NCBI GenBank assembly: GCA_048013815.1
Contig: CM106585.1
Coordinates: 6,510,001-6,574,000 of the forward strand
Length of the DNA: 64,000 bases
Origin: Setoptus koraiensis
Taxonomy: Eukaryota > Animalia > Arthropoda
Direction of reading: 5' to 3'
Shown in pieces: positions 46,917-58,386 of the stretch. The translations under genes and the position numbers were made by a program. Position 1 is the stretch's first letter; each line of letters starts with the position of its first letter. The notes beneath the pieces were generated by a model that saw only the letters and a list, made by a program, of their open reading frames with translations, did not search any database and was not told where the DNA came from.

Positions 46917-48605
46917 TCAAGAAATCCAACGAAAATATTTACAAGATGTAATCAATGGCTTATTTGGGTCTCCTTTAGGCAAGGAACAGGCCCAAAATCT
47001 TTTTTTGTAATTTGGACCTTGTTTACCACAAGTGTTCATGACACAAGGAACTTTATGACCATCACATAGAGGGGGTTTAGGAGGTCCTGCCATAATTTTA
47101 TCCAATAGACTGATTTTCGGTTTCTCTTTCGGAGACTTTGATTTGGCTGAAGACGATTTGCGCTCTCCGGTCACTGTACCATTTTGAGTTGCTTTGCAAT
47201 CTTGGGTGGACACAGTGTTATCTGTTGAATTTCCAGAATCACTAATCGGACCGGATCCAACATTACCCTCCGATTCATTATTGGCTTCGCTTTCCACTTT
47301 GACTGTATATTCCACTGTATCTTCACAGTCAGCTTCAGCTTTATATTCGACAGTCACTTTAGGATCAGCATCGAGAGTTGGGTCTACATCCATCTTAACA
47401 TCTTTTTCTTCATTCTTTTCTTCATTTTTCTTGCTTGGTATTATCATGAAAGCCTTGATACTACTCTGCTGAATTTGCTTTTTCTTAGTCTTTTTCTGGT
47501 TCTTAGTGACTTTGACATTCTTAGGAGAAGGATTGACACTTGGAGCTGAAACTTTTTTCGGTGGAGATTTCACGGGTTGTTGAGACTGCGAAGACGTTTG
47601 ACTGCTGGTCTTATTGAAGAAAGAGGTCAGCCTTAGTTGCTTTTTACAGCCAAACTCTGGCCATAGTTTTGTAGATATTGAGGGATAATCAGGACTTGCA
47701 ATCCATTCTATATTATTGAGTGTGATAGAAACAGGACAATGATCCGAGCCCATGTAACTCGATAAAATCGACACATTTTCTATATGTTGTGACAGTCCTG
47801 AATCAACAAGTACATAGTCTATTCGAGTACCAAAATTGGTAGCTCTGGCTCTTATTTGAGTATTCCAGCACGTGAATGCCTCTACTGTGTTTGGGTGCAA
47901 TAGCCTATAGGAATCAATCATATGCCTGCGCAAATTGTTCTCATCCGGTTCGAGAAATGACGTTAACCATTTTTTATAAATACATTCGTCGAAGTCGGGA
48001 CTTGGATCACAGTGGTCGATCTGTTTGTGAGATATGTTCATGTCGCCAGCAATTATCACATGAGCGGCTGGATCTTGTAAGTATACATTTGTTTTCATTT
48101 CAATCAATCTATTGAATCTGTCTTTGAATTCATCTCTACCCGCTTTGTCAACATCGAGCCGAGGGAAGTAAACATTGAATATGTACAATTTTTTTGGCTC
48201 CTCTACCTCCAGCATCTTTACACGGTGGCAAGTAATCAGGCATCTACCTTCCGAATCTAATTCCTTGACGAGATTCTTCTTAGAACCATACTCATCGTGC
48301 ATGCTCAATGTCTCTCTCCAGCTATCCGAGCAGTTTGCTTCATCATTCAATCCGGCTTCAGCGTGGAATGGACGTGCCTCCTCGCGACAATAGGTGGCAC
48401 AACCAGAATATCCGGCCATGAGTCTTGGAAAGACAAACTGTGATGAGAAGCCATCTATGAAGGCCACAGCTTCATCTACTTGATTCCTGGACAGTTTAGT
48501 TTCTTGTAGACAAACGATATCTGAATCCAAGTCTTTGAGCACTTTGTTGAGATCTTTGAGGGTTCGCAATCCATTGACATTCCAAGTGGATAGTTTGATC
48601 ACCAT
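46917..48605 (-). CDS. APEX2: AP endonuclease 2 (EEP domain, PIP box, GRF Zn finger)
   Basis: STWNVNG, CLQETK, AGDMNISH, GTRIDY, GSDHCPV, PIP-like QLRLTSFF and C-terminal PLCDGH...GPNYKKRFWAC...CKYFRW. Confidence 0.96.
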   Translation of the reverse strand: MVIKLSTWNVNGLRTLKDLNKVLKDLDSDIVCLQETKLSRNQVDEAVAFIDGFSSQFVFPRLMAGYSGCATYCREEARPFHAEAGLNDEANCSDSWRETLSMHDEYGSKKNLVKELDSEGRCLITCHRVKMLEVEEPKKLYIFNVYFPRLDVDKAGRDEFKDRFNRLIEMKTNVYLQDPAAHVIIAGDMNISHKQIDHCDPSPDFDECIYKKWLTSFLEPDENNLRRHMIDSYRLLHPNTVEAFTCWNTQIRARATNFGTRIDYVLVDSGLSQHIENVSILSSYMGSDHCPVSITLNNIEWIASPDYPSISTKLWPEFGCKKQLRLTSFFNKTSSQTSSQSQQPVKSPPKKVSAPSVNPSPKNVKVTKNQKKTKKKQIQQSSIKAFMIIPSKKNEEKNEEKDVKMDVDPTLDADPKVTVEYKAEADCEDTVEYTVKVESEANNESEGNVGSGPISDSGNSTDNTVSTQDCKATQNGTVTGERKSSSAKSKSPKEKPKISLLDKIMAGPPKPPLCDGHKVPCVMNTCGKQGPNYKKRFWACSLPKGDPNKPLITSCKYFRWIS

Positions 48606-48759
48606 TGTTAAGTTGTACGAAGACAATATGGTGAAAGACAAGAGATCTAATACGATTTATATTTACTAATAGTCGGAATGAAGTCCACCGAACTGTAAAT
48701 AGATCGATTGCAAATCGGGCGAACAAGACACGAGAGAGAAAAAACAACTATGACGTATA

Positions 48760-49280
48760 GCGCGAAATCTAAAATGTGTTTTTTCCATATCCACGCGTGA
48801 ATAACAGCTCCTAATCAAATGACTGGGCCACTATCGATCGCAGTTTGTGAATAGTAAGAACAGTTTTTTGTTGCGCGTTGCACAAGCATCTGCTAAAAAG
48901 AAGAATCAAACCGCATGTTCTCCATCCAAACCATGTGAGCTTTGTTTTTGTATGAGAATGTACTCTTGAGGTCTATTCCCGACAAGACTTGTGGGGCACT
49001 AAGGCTGGCATCTTTCTCGTTAACATTGGATCTTTACGATATTAATTATGGCAGGCAGCAGGCTTGCAAACTTCGGCCCTATATTCTCTAGGTAAGTGTC
49101 TCACTATAGACCCTCCACCATTTTCTTGATACGACTCATCATCAATAATCTCATCCAACAGGATGACAGGTCTCTTGGAATCCAGCACCATCAAGGAGGG
49201 TCCTACATGGTATACCGTGCACAGATTTCGCCCTCTCGTACATCACAGCTCACTATCCACAGTGGAAATCAAAGAGAAAC
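48760..49280 (+). repeat. Inverted duplicate of the MRPS23 promoter, exon 1, intron and start of exon 2 (partner at ~50370-50905)
   Basis: Exon 1 is 41/44 nt identical; the intron ends gtaagtg...ctcatccaacag are shared; upstream aatcaaaccgcat...aaccatgtg...ttgtttttgta is shared. Confidence 0.92.
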
Positions 49281-50236
49281 CACCTAAAGAGTACTGTGAA
49301 CCGACCAAAAAGTCTAAACGAACCAAGACTCGTGCGATCTTCGAGCTGATGCGGTGGCACAAGCCCATCGGTACCTTCTTAACATTAACGCCAGCATTAT
49401 GGTCTGTTGGTCTAGTCACACCATCAACGCAATTATTTCCAGACCCTTATATTCTGGCGGTTTTCACAGCTGGAGCGATTGTAGCTAGGGGTATCGGATG
49501 TACGATGAATGATATATTGGATAGAGATTTTGACAGGCAAGTGGAAAGAACTAAGGATCGGCCCATAGCTTGCGGTGACATATCCACCAAAGAGGCTCTA
49601 GTCTATCTAGCTATTCAATCTTCATTAGGTCTCTTTATATTGTGCCTGAACAATGCTCTAGTGATAAAATTGGGATTATTTAGTGGGCTTCTGATTGCCA
49701 CTTATCCATTATTCAAACGATTTACCTACTGGCCCCAAGTAATGTTGGCACTGACGTTTAATTGGGGTGTACTCATGGGCTTTGCCGCTGTCAGAGGGAC
49801 ATTAGAACTTGGTGATATTCCCGTTTTTGCACCTATATACTTAGGTTCAATTTTTTGGACTCTCTACTATGACACGATATACGCGCATCAAGATAAAAGT
49901 GACGACGAAATTATTGGGATAAAGTCAGCTGCCTTGAAGCTTGGGTCGCATACCAAAAAATTTCTCAACGCAATGAATCTAGGAATGTTCTCTAATTTGG
50001 CCATGGCTGGTATCATGACTGAACAATTGTGGCCTTACTATTTATCAGTGATTGCCTCAAATCTATTCCTCGCCCAACAAACAAAAAATGTTGATTTAGA
50101 TAATTCAGAGGATTGTTGGAAGCAGTTCAATAGTCAAAAGTATATTGGTCTTACTATATTAGCAGGGGTGTTAACTAGCCTAGCCTTAAAATCTAGACGC
50201 AACAGTGAAAATGTAGAGTCAAGTTGTAATCAATAA
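49048..50236 (+). CDS. COQ2: 4-hydroxybenzoate polyprenyltransferase COQ2 with an MRPS23-derived N-terminus, 372 aa (exons 49048-49091, 49162-50236)
   Basis: UbiA motifs MRWHKPIGT, GCTMNDILDRDFDRQVERTKDRPIA and YDTIYAHQDKSDD. A 70-nt phase-2 intron joins MAGSRLANFGPIFSR to the ORF. Confidence 0.95.
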
Positions 50237-50277
50237 TAAACGGGAATCTAAATATATTCTGGCAAACATGGTGATGA

Positions 50278-50610
50278 CTATTTATTTGACTTTTCCGTCG
50301 TATAAGCGGACAGTTGAGGCAACGGCTTTTTGGCCAGCTCGTAATCTTCTTTATATACTATCTCTCTTATCTCCAAAGTAGAAGGTGTCCGATTTGCATT
50401 GGGTTCCACCGGCGGGGGAAATCTTTTGTACACAGTATACCAAATCGGAACTTCCTTAACAGCGCCGGATTCTATGAGACCTGTCATTCTGTTGGATGAG
50501 AATAGCGATGATGAGATGCTGACCTAAGACGAGGCGTGAACACGGTGAGTGCATTGAGTCACTTACCTAGAGAATATCGAGCCAAAGTTTGCAAGCCTGC
50601 TGCCTGCCAT
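50278..50610 (-). CDS. MRPS23: Mitochondrial ribosomal protein S23, short 84-aa form (exons 50610-50567, 50488-50278)
   Basis: MAGSRLANFGSIFSRMTGLIESGAVKEVPIWYTVYKRFPP.VEP...IREIVYKED matches mS23 (MAGSRLETVGSIFSR...PLWFDVY.AFPP..EP...I.Y.ED); 78-nt intron. Confidence 0.88.
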
Positions 50611-51101
50611 AGTTTTTCTGCCGAATAGATTTTTATCGTACAGGTCCTATATCAGCACGTGGAAAGTTGTGTCTGGAGATTATTTTTCGGGATATGAGTC
50701 GCAAGGACATTCGAGTGTTTTCTTCTACAAAAACAATCGTGAAACACACATGGTTCATAGAGAATGCGGTTTGATTTTTATCTCTTGCACTTGCCTGTGT
50801 AGCACAAACCACAACAAACAGTTGTTGCCATGAATAGTGGACCACGATTCATGGTCGGACTAGTATCATATGCATGCGTGTAAACACATTTAGTTCTCTC
50901 GCGCACCACACCAGGCGCAGTAATCCTCGTCGTTATTTACCCGTGAATTTGGTAAAAACAAATTTCAGATTTCGCGCTAGGCCCAATGTTGTTTCTCTGC
51001 GGCTCCATTTCACTCTCGTCTGATATTCAATCTGTCGCTATCGAAATAGCTTCACGAAAACGTACTCTATATTAGAATTTTTGTTGTTATCAACAGAAAC
51101 A

Positions 51102-51971
51102 ATGATGGACAACAGCGACAGCGAAATGATGGTGGACGATTTGGATCCAGAGGCTGAACATCTAGCTCAATTGCAACAGCAACTCGAGGCACCACCCTCG
51201 GTTGCACCGCCTGTCCAACAAAAGACCCAGCAGCAACCGCCGCCATTACCACCTCCACCGCTCGCCCCCGCAACACCCAGTCAAGATGTCACTAACAGTA
51301 ACTCGGTGGCTAACACCCCGGTCGCCCCAAAGAGCTCGTCGGCTCTTGGTCCACTATCTGTGGCCAGTTTCATGCCACCAACGCCTGGTCCACCTCCTAT
51401 GACACCGATAACGCCACATTCCACTGATGCTGGCCTTGTTCCACAATTGCAAAATATCGTGTCAACGGTGAATCTTGGCTGCAAATTGGACCTAAAGAAG
51501 ATTGCTTTGCACGCTCGTAATGCAGAATACAATCCAAAACGATTTGCCGCCGTCATCATGAGGATAAGAGAACCAAGGACAACAGCGTTGATATTCAGCT
51601 CTGGTAAAATGGTGTGCACTGGTGCCAAAAGTGAGGAACAGAGTCGATTGGCTGCCAGAAAATATGCGAGAATTGTACAAAAGCTTGGATTTGAGGCAAA
51701 ATTCTTAGACTTCAAGATACAAAATATGGTTGGTAGTTGTGACGTGAAATTTCCAATTCGTTTGGAAGGTCTTGTTTTAACTCATAGTCAGTTCTCTAGC
51801 TACGAACCTGAACTATTCCCTGGTCTTATATACAGAATGGTGAAGCCCCGCATAGTTTTGCTTATATTCGTTTCTGGCAAAGTGGTTCTTACCGGTGCCA
51901 AAGTCAGAACAGAGATCTATGAAGCTTTTGAGAACATATATCCTATCTTGAAAGGTTTCAGGAAGCAATAG
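51102..51971 (+). CDS. TBP: TATA-box binding protein
   Basis: Canonical core [43 protein letters not shown]...[10 protein letters not shown]. Confidence 0.98.
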   Translation: MMDNSDSEMMVDDLDPEAEHLAQLQQQLEAPPSVAPPVQQKTQQQPPPLPPPPLAPATPSQDVTNSNSVANTPVAPKSSSALGPLSVASFMPPTPGPPPMTPITPHSTDAGLVPQLQNIVSTVNLGCKLDLKKIALHARNAEYNPKRFAAVIMRIREPRTTALIFSSGKMVCTGAKSEEQSRLAARKYARIVQKLGFEAKFLDFKIQNMVGSCDVKFPIRLEGLVLTHSQFSSYEPELFPGLIYRMVKPRIVLLIFVSGKVVLTGAKVRTEIYEAFENIYPILKGFRKQ

Positions 51972-52663
51972 TGTCCAATTGATTACACATGCTTGATTGT
52001 CCATACCAAAACTAATCATGAATTAATCTTCATGAGCACCACACACAAACATATTGTAAAATACACACTAGTGGTCAGTGCTTATCCAAGACTTACTTAT
52101 ATTATTATCATCTATGCAATGTATAGCTGTTTCATGTATGTTAACGGCATCATACCAACTCAGGCCTAGTTGAAGAAATGCCATTCCATGCACCATGTGT
52201 GCATGATTGACTGTAAAATAAAATGCGCCACCTGTATGAATCTTCATATTACATAACAAGACAAGCAGGTGACTGCACTCAACTGCCCTTTTGGGCTACA
52301 CTTTCTACTTCATGTATGCAATGTGTTTAGGCGTGCTGATAGCACTCAAACAAATGTTGTGGGTTCTTCGTTGTTGTGTAACGTTCATATAACAAAACAG
52401 TTCTTTTTTATTTCGAAGCTAAACCGTTCCTTAGTTAGTCAGATCGGACATGAATTTATTCAAGATTCGGATAATATCATATAGGTAGGAGCAGTTGCCA
52501 CACCTTTGGGTTATAGGGAGGCATAAGCCTAAATTGTGCAATAGTGCAACAGAGATTAAGAGCAAAAACATATATCTCTTTAATTAACATAGAAACAATT
52601 AAACGCATTCTGTTAGAATAATCAAACAAGATATAAGCCCATCTAAGTGCATATACATTCGGC

Positions 52664-53236
52664 ATGATGTTCAAACTGCCAATCAGGTCAAACCTAACAT
52701 TTTTATTACTGGTGGCAGTTATTCTTGAACTACTCATTGTTCAAGATGCTGTTGATTGCATTCGGTGTTACAGTTGCGATAGTAAAAATGACTTAGAATG
52801 TAGTGAAAAGTTTCCCTTGAATACTCGCTTGCAGCCCCAACAATGTGACAATATTACCAACGCTGCTTATTGCATCAAGACTACCAATGTGTATGCAGGT
52901 AATTTACCATTTACTGTAATGAAACTTGATTCCTCCAACAGAAGGCTACCATGAATGATTCACCTAAATCTTTATTTTCATATAAATTTTAATTTAGGCG
53001 AGCTTGGAACTAAAAGATTTTGTTCTGCCACAGACCAGGGGAATTATTGCAAATATGTCCGACAACCAACGGGCGACAGGGAATATAGAAGCTGCGTTCT
53101 GACATGTTCTAGCGATGCTTGCAATGGTGCTCCATCGCTAAAAGACTACGATCATTCACCAAGGTTCCTTCTATTATTCATATCTCATATCACCATGGCG
53201 ATAATGACCTATTCCATTTGTAATCGTAGAGACTGA
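52664..53236 (+). CDS. cold: Ly6/uPAR GPI-anchored protein, Coiled-like (exons 52664-52898, 52998-53236)
   Basis: Signal peptide, three-finger Cys pattern CYSC...GTKRFCS...GNYCKYVR...YRSCVLTCSSDACN, hydrophobic GPI tail and a 99-nt phase-1 intron. The orthologue name is from memory. Confidence 0.8.
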
Positions 53237-53413
53237 TCTATCAACCCAATGACGAAAACTCAAATAATGTTGAATCTGTCCCGCTATATCCTGGGCTGAA
53301 TTGCAATACATATTGCCCTTATCTATTTTTGACAACGAATCTCAAAATTCCATAATAATAAGTTAGGATATGCTACAAGTCTACTAGATCGTATTTTCGA
53401 TCCCAGTAAATCA

Positions 53414-54793
53414 TCAAATATTCGCACTTCCTGTGAAAATGGTAATATTCTTGAGCGTTGATAGTTCAACAGCTCTGCAAACTGTCGGTTCGCCATCGAC
53501 AATGAATTTAGTTCTTTTATCTTCGACATCTACCTCCTCCGATTGTTTTTCATTCTGATTCTGAGTGACAAGTGTGGGTTCAGGAAGTTCATCACACTTC
53601 ACATGAATACGCACGTTTTGAGCTTTGATTTCCTCACTGGGTAAATAATCATCATCTTTGTGGATTGAGAGTTTGATTGAACTATGCCCCCCAGAGATTG
53701 CTTCAATGTTTGTTATATCCGTGGGTTTTAAATCTGTCCATAAGTTGCAGTCATGGTTTACTCGGTTGGCTAACAATAAATTCATCCTCTCTTCCTCGGT
53801 TTGAGTTGGTCTAGTAGATATAGGAATTAGACTAGCCCACCATCTCTTGGAGGGAGTATTTTTATTTTCAACGAATACCTCATCTGTGATTTTGTGACTC
53901 TCATAACACTGAGAGCACCCTTCACAATAGTTTGAGACTTCGATGCGGTCTATCGTGGGGAAAGTATGCTTATTCGGACGAATGGCTCTTTTGAACTTGT
54001 ACCAATATTTTTGAATGTCAAGAGGTATGAATGAAGATTCCTTTGTTGAGATCTCTTGATAAACTCCATACTTCAATCCTCTGAGACAATATTGCACGTC
54101 AGCATTGGTATCTGAGATGGATTTCATTGTTAAAACATCAAACTTTTGGGCGTTATTGTTGACCAAAGACATTGTGGATGATATCAAGAACCTGACACGG
54201 AAAAATGGTGTAAGTTAACAATGAGCAATGACAGTAGTTTAAATAGATAATATAAGTTGAACTTACTCTTTGGTGCTACTCCGAGGTAAGTTTTGATGTA
54301 CATGCTGAGCGATACTATTCTTTTTACCGACCGGTATAATGGCAATCGGATATGCTTTAGAAGCCGAGGCCGCATCGGGACGACTTAACAAACCATTCAG
54401 TACCTCATGGACAGTACCATCTCCACCAACAACGGCAACACAGTCACAGTTGGACATAATCTTCATGAGCTCTTTGGCTTGGCCCGGTGATTCGGTTTCT
54501 ACCAGACTAACTTTTAAGCCAGCCAAGTGAAGTAGAGGCTCAACAAATTTTGTATAATACTTTTTGGATTTGCGTTTTCCAGATACTGGATTCAAAATGA
54601 CAGTTACGTGCCTGGGCTGACTCCGTAGTGGCAGCGGTTGATTTCCTAATTCCTGAGCCTTTAAACAGTTTTGTTTCATGATTTGACGATCGCCAATATA
54701 GTTGTACAGTCGATAAGCCCCATAGTTACCTACTATAGTGATGAAAGTTGTTTTCTTCCAATTATTCCTTAGAACTGTAAAAAGACGGGCCAT
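53414..54793 (-). CDS. AGK: Acylglycerol kinase (Mulk), 434 aa (exons 54793-54267, 54191-53414)
   Basis: LRNNWKKT, VTVILNPVSG, VVGGDGTVHEVLNGL; 75-nt GTAAGT...AG intron. Confidence 0.93.
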
Positions 54794-55668
54794 ATTCTCT
54801 GAATCTATTTGTTTGTATTGTTATCCTACGTATTGTTTGAACATTAGATACATCAGAGTAGTGAATGAGCGAAGTAGGTTAGGCAAAAAATGACAACAAA
54901 TGAGAAGCGATAACCACATGTAAATAATGTTTTCGCCATGCGTCTTCATTATGATTTTGTAGAATTGACTTGTAGCTTGCAAGGTGCGAGTGCGGTCACG
55001 GTCTACTCCCCTGTCTCCCACGAACCTCTCCTTGGGAGAACAATTTTCAAGCGGGAATTCCTAGGATGCCTCTCAAACTTTGCAAAGAAGTGTGTAGTCA
55101 TTTCGGATTGTGATCATCTTGCACCAGAGATCGCCCCTTCAAAAGTAACGTGTATCACAACACGTGATGATTTTGCTCACCATTCGATTATCGAACTATC
55201 GGTATGATCACTGGTAAATCTCCAATTATCTAACTTGTTAGGACACGCTATTGCTCTCCACTCTGAACACGTGTAGTATTCTCCCTTTTCGAGCACGTAA
55301 CACACAGAGCTTTCACTCATAGGACTATGATGACCAGCTGACATTCACAAGACAAAGGATGACTAGCACTTACTGACAATTCGTGAGAGACTATCGAGCC
55401 AATTGCTCTGCAGGCGACCATTGTGTTATAGTGTTTAACTTTGAAGCTCATCAGTACAATAAACCATTTTAGATATTACTCCTGAACAAACCATTCATTA
55501 CGAGACTTCCATTGCACGATCTCTACAGGTGTAATAGTTTCTCTATCGAATCTGCTGATTTAGATCTTGTGAGCCAGTTTATACAGTCGCGCAAAGCATG
55601 AATGTAAGAGTTATGCAAATCACAGTATATTCGCACAAGGTGGAATGAACAGTCAAAAACGGGATCAA

Positions 55669-56293
55669 TAGTGATCGGGGGAGAGCGGGAGAGCGTCTCC
55701 CAAATGGGAGGTTCCCCTCTCCCCTCCCGTTCAAATTTTTGGGAGAGGGAGAAAAAATCTCCCCCTCCCGTTTCAAACTCGGGGAAGGGGAGAGGGCATC
55801 TCCCCCTCCCTCTCCCGCTCGGGGAGACGGGAGAGGGCATCTCCCTCTCCCCCTCCCGCTCGGGGAGATGAGAGAGGGCATCTCCCGGGGAGAAATCCGT
55901 CTCCCGGGGAGAGCCCGGGGAGACGATTTCTCCTGCAGACACTGCAACAGGCTCACTAGTTTTGCCCATATTCAGCAATTGACGAGGACAATTAACAGTG
56001 GACACTGATATTTTGCCAAAAAAACCAGTGAATTGTCGTGGCGAGTGCCATGCTGACGAGATCGTCTCCCCGGGCTCTCCCCGGGAGACGGATCTCTCCC
56101 CGGGAGATTCCCTATCCCGTCTCCCCGAGCGGGAGAGGGAGAGGGAATCTCCCTCTCCCCCTCCCAAAGCGGGAGACGGGAGGGGGAGACTCCCTCTTCC
56201 CTCTCTTGACAGCGGGAGGGGGAGATTTTTTCTCCCTCTCCCCTCTATACAAGGCGGGAGGGGGAGAGGGAGAGGGCTCTCCCCCGATCACTA
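55669..56293. mobile_element. Non-autonomous hAT-type MITE, 625 bp
   Basis: Perfect 18-bp TIR TAGTGATCGGGGGAGAGC (55669-55686; 56276-56293) and 8-bp TSD GGGATCAA (55661-55668; 56294-56301). The empty site is seen in the paralogous copy at 38206-38213. Confidence 0.95.
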
Positions 56294-56544
56294 GGGATCA
56301 AATGTGATTTGAATCACCCGCGCGCGAATCACACGAAATGCCTACCGTGATGACACCGGCTCCTCGGCACCGTGCAATTCATTCTCAACTCTGATCTATG
56401 CCCGGTGAGGGAAGATATCAACAATTATTGGAACTCAACACAATATTCAGAATCGAATTTGATGGTCATTTTAGACCTTAGAACTTTTAGAACTTTTAGA
56501 ACTTTTTATACTCTATAATCAACGTGACAGATATAAAAGTGATC

Positions 56545-58386
56545 ATGAGTGCTCCTAGTAAATCTCAAGGCGATGGAGACATCAGCAGGAAGGAGAAGAG
56601 GAAGATGAAACTTCAGCAAAAGCACGAAGCTGAAATGGCCGAACTATCGGCCAGAGTTGGATCCCTTGATGCTACATTTTCAGTGTCCTTCTCCAATCCT
56701 GGTGGTGGCAAAGGTCAGTCTCAGGTGATCGATAATGCCATCAAGATTGACAATTTCAACATGTCGGCAGCAGGCAAGGCATTGCTAACAGATGCTAATC
56801 TCAGTATTACATTCGGCAGACGCTATGGTCTTGTTGGCCCCAATGGACACGGAAAAACTACATTGTTGCGTCATATTGCCGACAAAGCTGCGCTTGGTCT
56901 ACCTAAAGACCTTGATATACTTCTCTGCGAGCAAGAAGTTCTGGCCGATGAAACACCGGCTGTTCAAGTAGTCATGAAAGCTGATAAAAGACGCATGAAG
57001 CTCGAGGAAGAATTGCAAAAATTGGAAAAAAACGACGACGCCAAAGAGACAGATGATAAGGACAGGCATGCTGACAGAATAAATAAACTTTACGAAGAAT
57101 TGGAAAGTCTTGAAGCGGACAAAGCGGAGCCGAAGGCCAGGAGAATACTGGCTGGTCTTGGTTTTACAACTCCGGAAATGCAGGACCGACCTACTGTCAA
57201 CTTTAGTGGAGGTTGGCGTATGCGTGTTTCATTAGCAAGAGCCCTTTTTATGGAACCCAGTATTCTTCTGTTGGATGAGCCTACTAACCATCTCGACTTG
57301 AATGCTGTCATCTGGTTGGATCATTATCTTAGTGGCTGGAAGAAAACACTATTGATAGTATCTCACGACCAATCGTTTCTTGATAATGTTTGCACAGATA
57401 TTATTCACCTCGATATGAAAAGACTATTCTATTACAGAGGAAACTATTCACAATTTAGAAAGATGTTGGAACAAAAACGGCGCGAACAGGTTAAAGATTA
57501 CGAGCAACAACAGAAAAAATTGAAAAACCTTAAGCAAAGTGGAAAATCTGGCAAGCAGGCAGAGAAGAAGGTAAAGGAAGATAAAACCAGAAAGGTTGGA
57601 GAGGTTCAGCAAATAGATTTATTGGAAAAACCAAAAGAATATATTGTCAAATTCAAATTTACGGAACCACCAGAGTTGAAGTCCGAAACGGTGATTTTAG
57701 GTTTACATGATGTCTATTTCAGGTATAACGAAAATCAACCCATGCTCTTCAAAGATATCAATTTTGGTATCGATCTAAAGTCTCGTATTGCCATAGTAGG
57801 ACCGAACGGTGTTGGAAAATCAACTTTCCTTAAATTATTAAACGGTGACTTGACACCTACATCAGGCGAACGACAAGTCAATCACAGAGCCAGGATAGCC
57901 AAATTCGATCAGCACAGTGGAGAACATCTGACTACTGAAGAAAATCCTACTCAGTATTTGCAAAGATTATTCAACTTGGATTATCAAAGCGCTAGAAAAC
58001 AATTAGGTTCGTTTGGTTTGGTATCGCATGCTCATACAATTCCGAATGTGCAGCTTAGTGGAGGACAAAAATCACGAGTGGCCCTCTGCGAGATGGCCTT
58101 ACAAGGTCCACACGTTCTTATTCTCGATGAGCCTACAAACAATCTAGATCTAGAGTCTATCGATGCTTTAGCAGATGCATTGAATTCTTTCAAAGGTGGT
58201 GTCGTAATTGTTACTCACGACGAACGACTGATCCGAGCAACAGATTGCAATTTATACGTTATTGAAGATCAAAGTATAGCTGAAATCGACGGTGACTTTG
58301 ATTCTTATAGAGAGGAGATATTAAAAGATCTCGGCGAGGTTGTTAACAATCCTTCGTTATCTGCCCAAATAGCTGGAGCTGTTTAA
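56545..58386 (+). CDS. ABCF1: ABC-F family translation factor ABCF1, 613 aa, intronless
   Basis: Two NBDs ([26 protein letters not shown]; [17 protein letters not shown]) with ABCF1-type [18 protein letters not shown] and KPKEYIVKF. Confidence 0.96.
   Translation: MSAPSKSQGDGDISRKEKRKMKLQQKHEAEMAELSARVGSLDATFSVSFSNPGGGKGQSQVIDNAIKIDNFNMSAAGKALLTDANLSITFGRRYGLVGPNGHGKTTLLRHIADKAALGLPKDLDILLCEQEVLADETPAVQVVMKADKRRMKLEEELQKLEKNDDAKETDDKDRHADRINKLYEELESLEADKAEPKARRILAGLGFTTPEMQDRPTVNFSGGWRMRVSLARALFMEPSILLLDEPTNHLDLNAVIWLDHYLSGWKKTLLIVSHDQSFLDNVCTDIIHLDMKRLFYYRGNYSQFRKMLEQKRREQVKDYEQQQKKLKNLKQSGKSGKQAEKKVKEDKTRKVGEVQQIDLLEKPKEYIVKFKFTEPPELKSETVILGLHDVYFRYNENQPMLFKDINFGIDLKSRIAIVGPNGVGKSTFLKLLNGDLTPTSGERQVNHRARIAKFDQHSGEHLTTEENPTQYLQRLFNLDYQSARKQLGSFGLVSHAHTIPNVQLSGGQKSRVALCEMALQGPHVLILDEPTNNLDLESIDALADALNSFKGGVVIVTHDERLIRATDCNLYVIEDQSIAEIDGDFDSYREEILKDLGEVVNNPSLSAQIAGAV

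Noticed and set aside
55523-56307. ORFs across the MITE (214 aa, 125 aa and others)
   Set aside because: They arise from stop-poor GA/TC repeats and show no transposase motifs.
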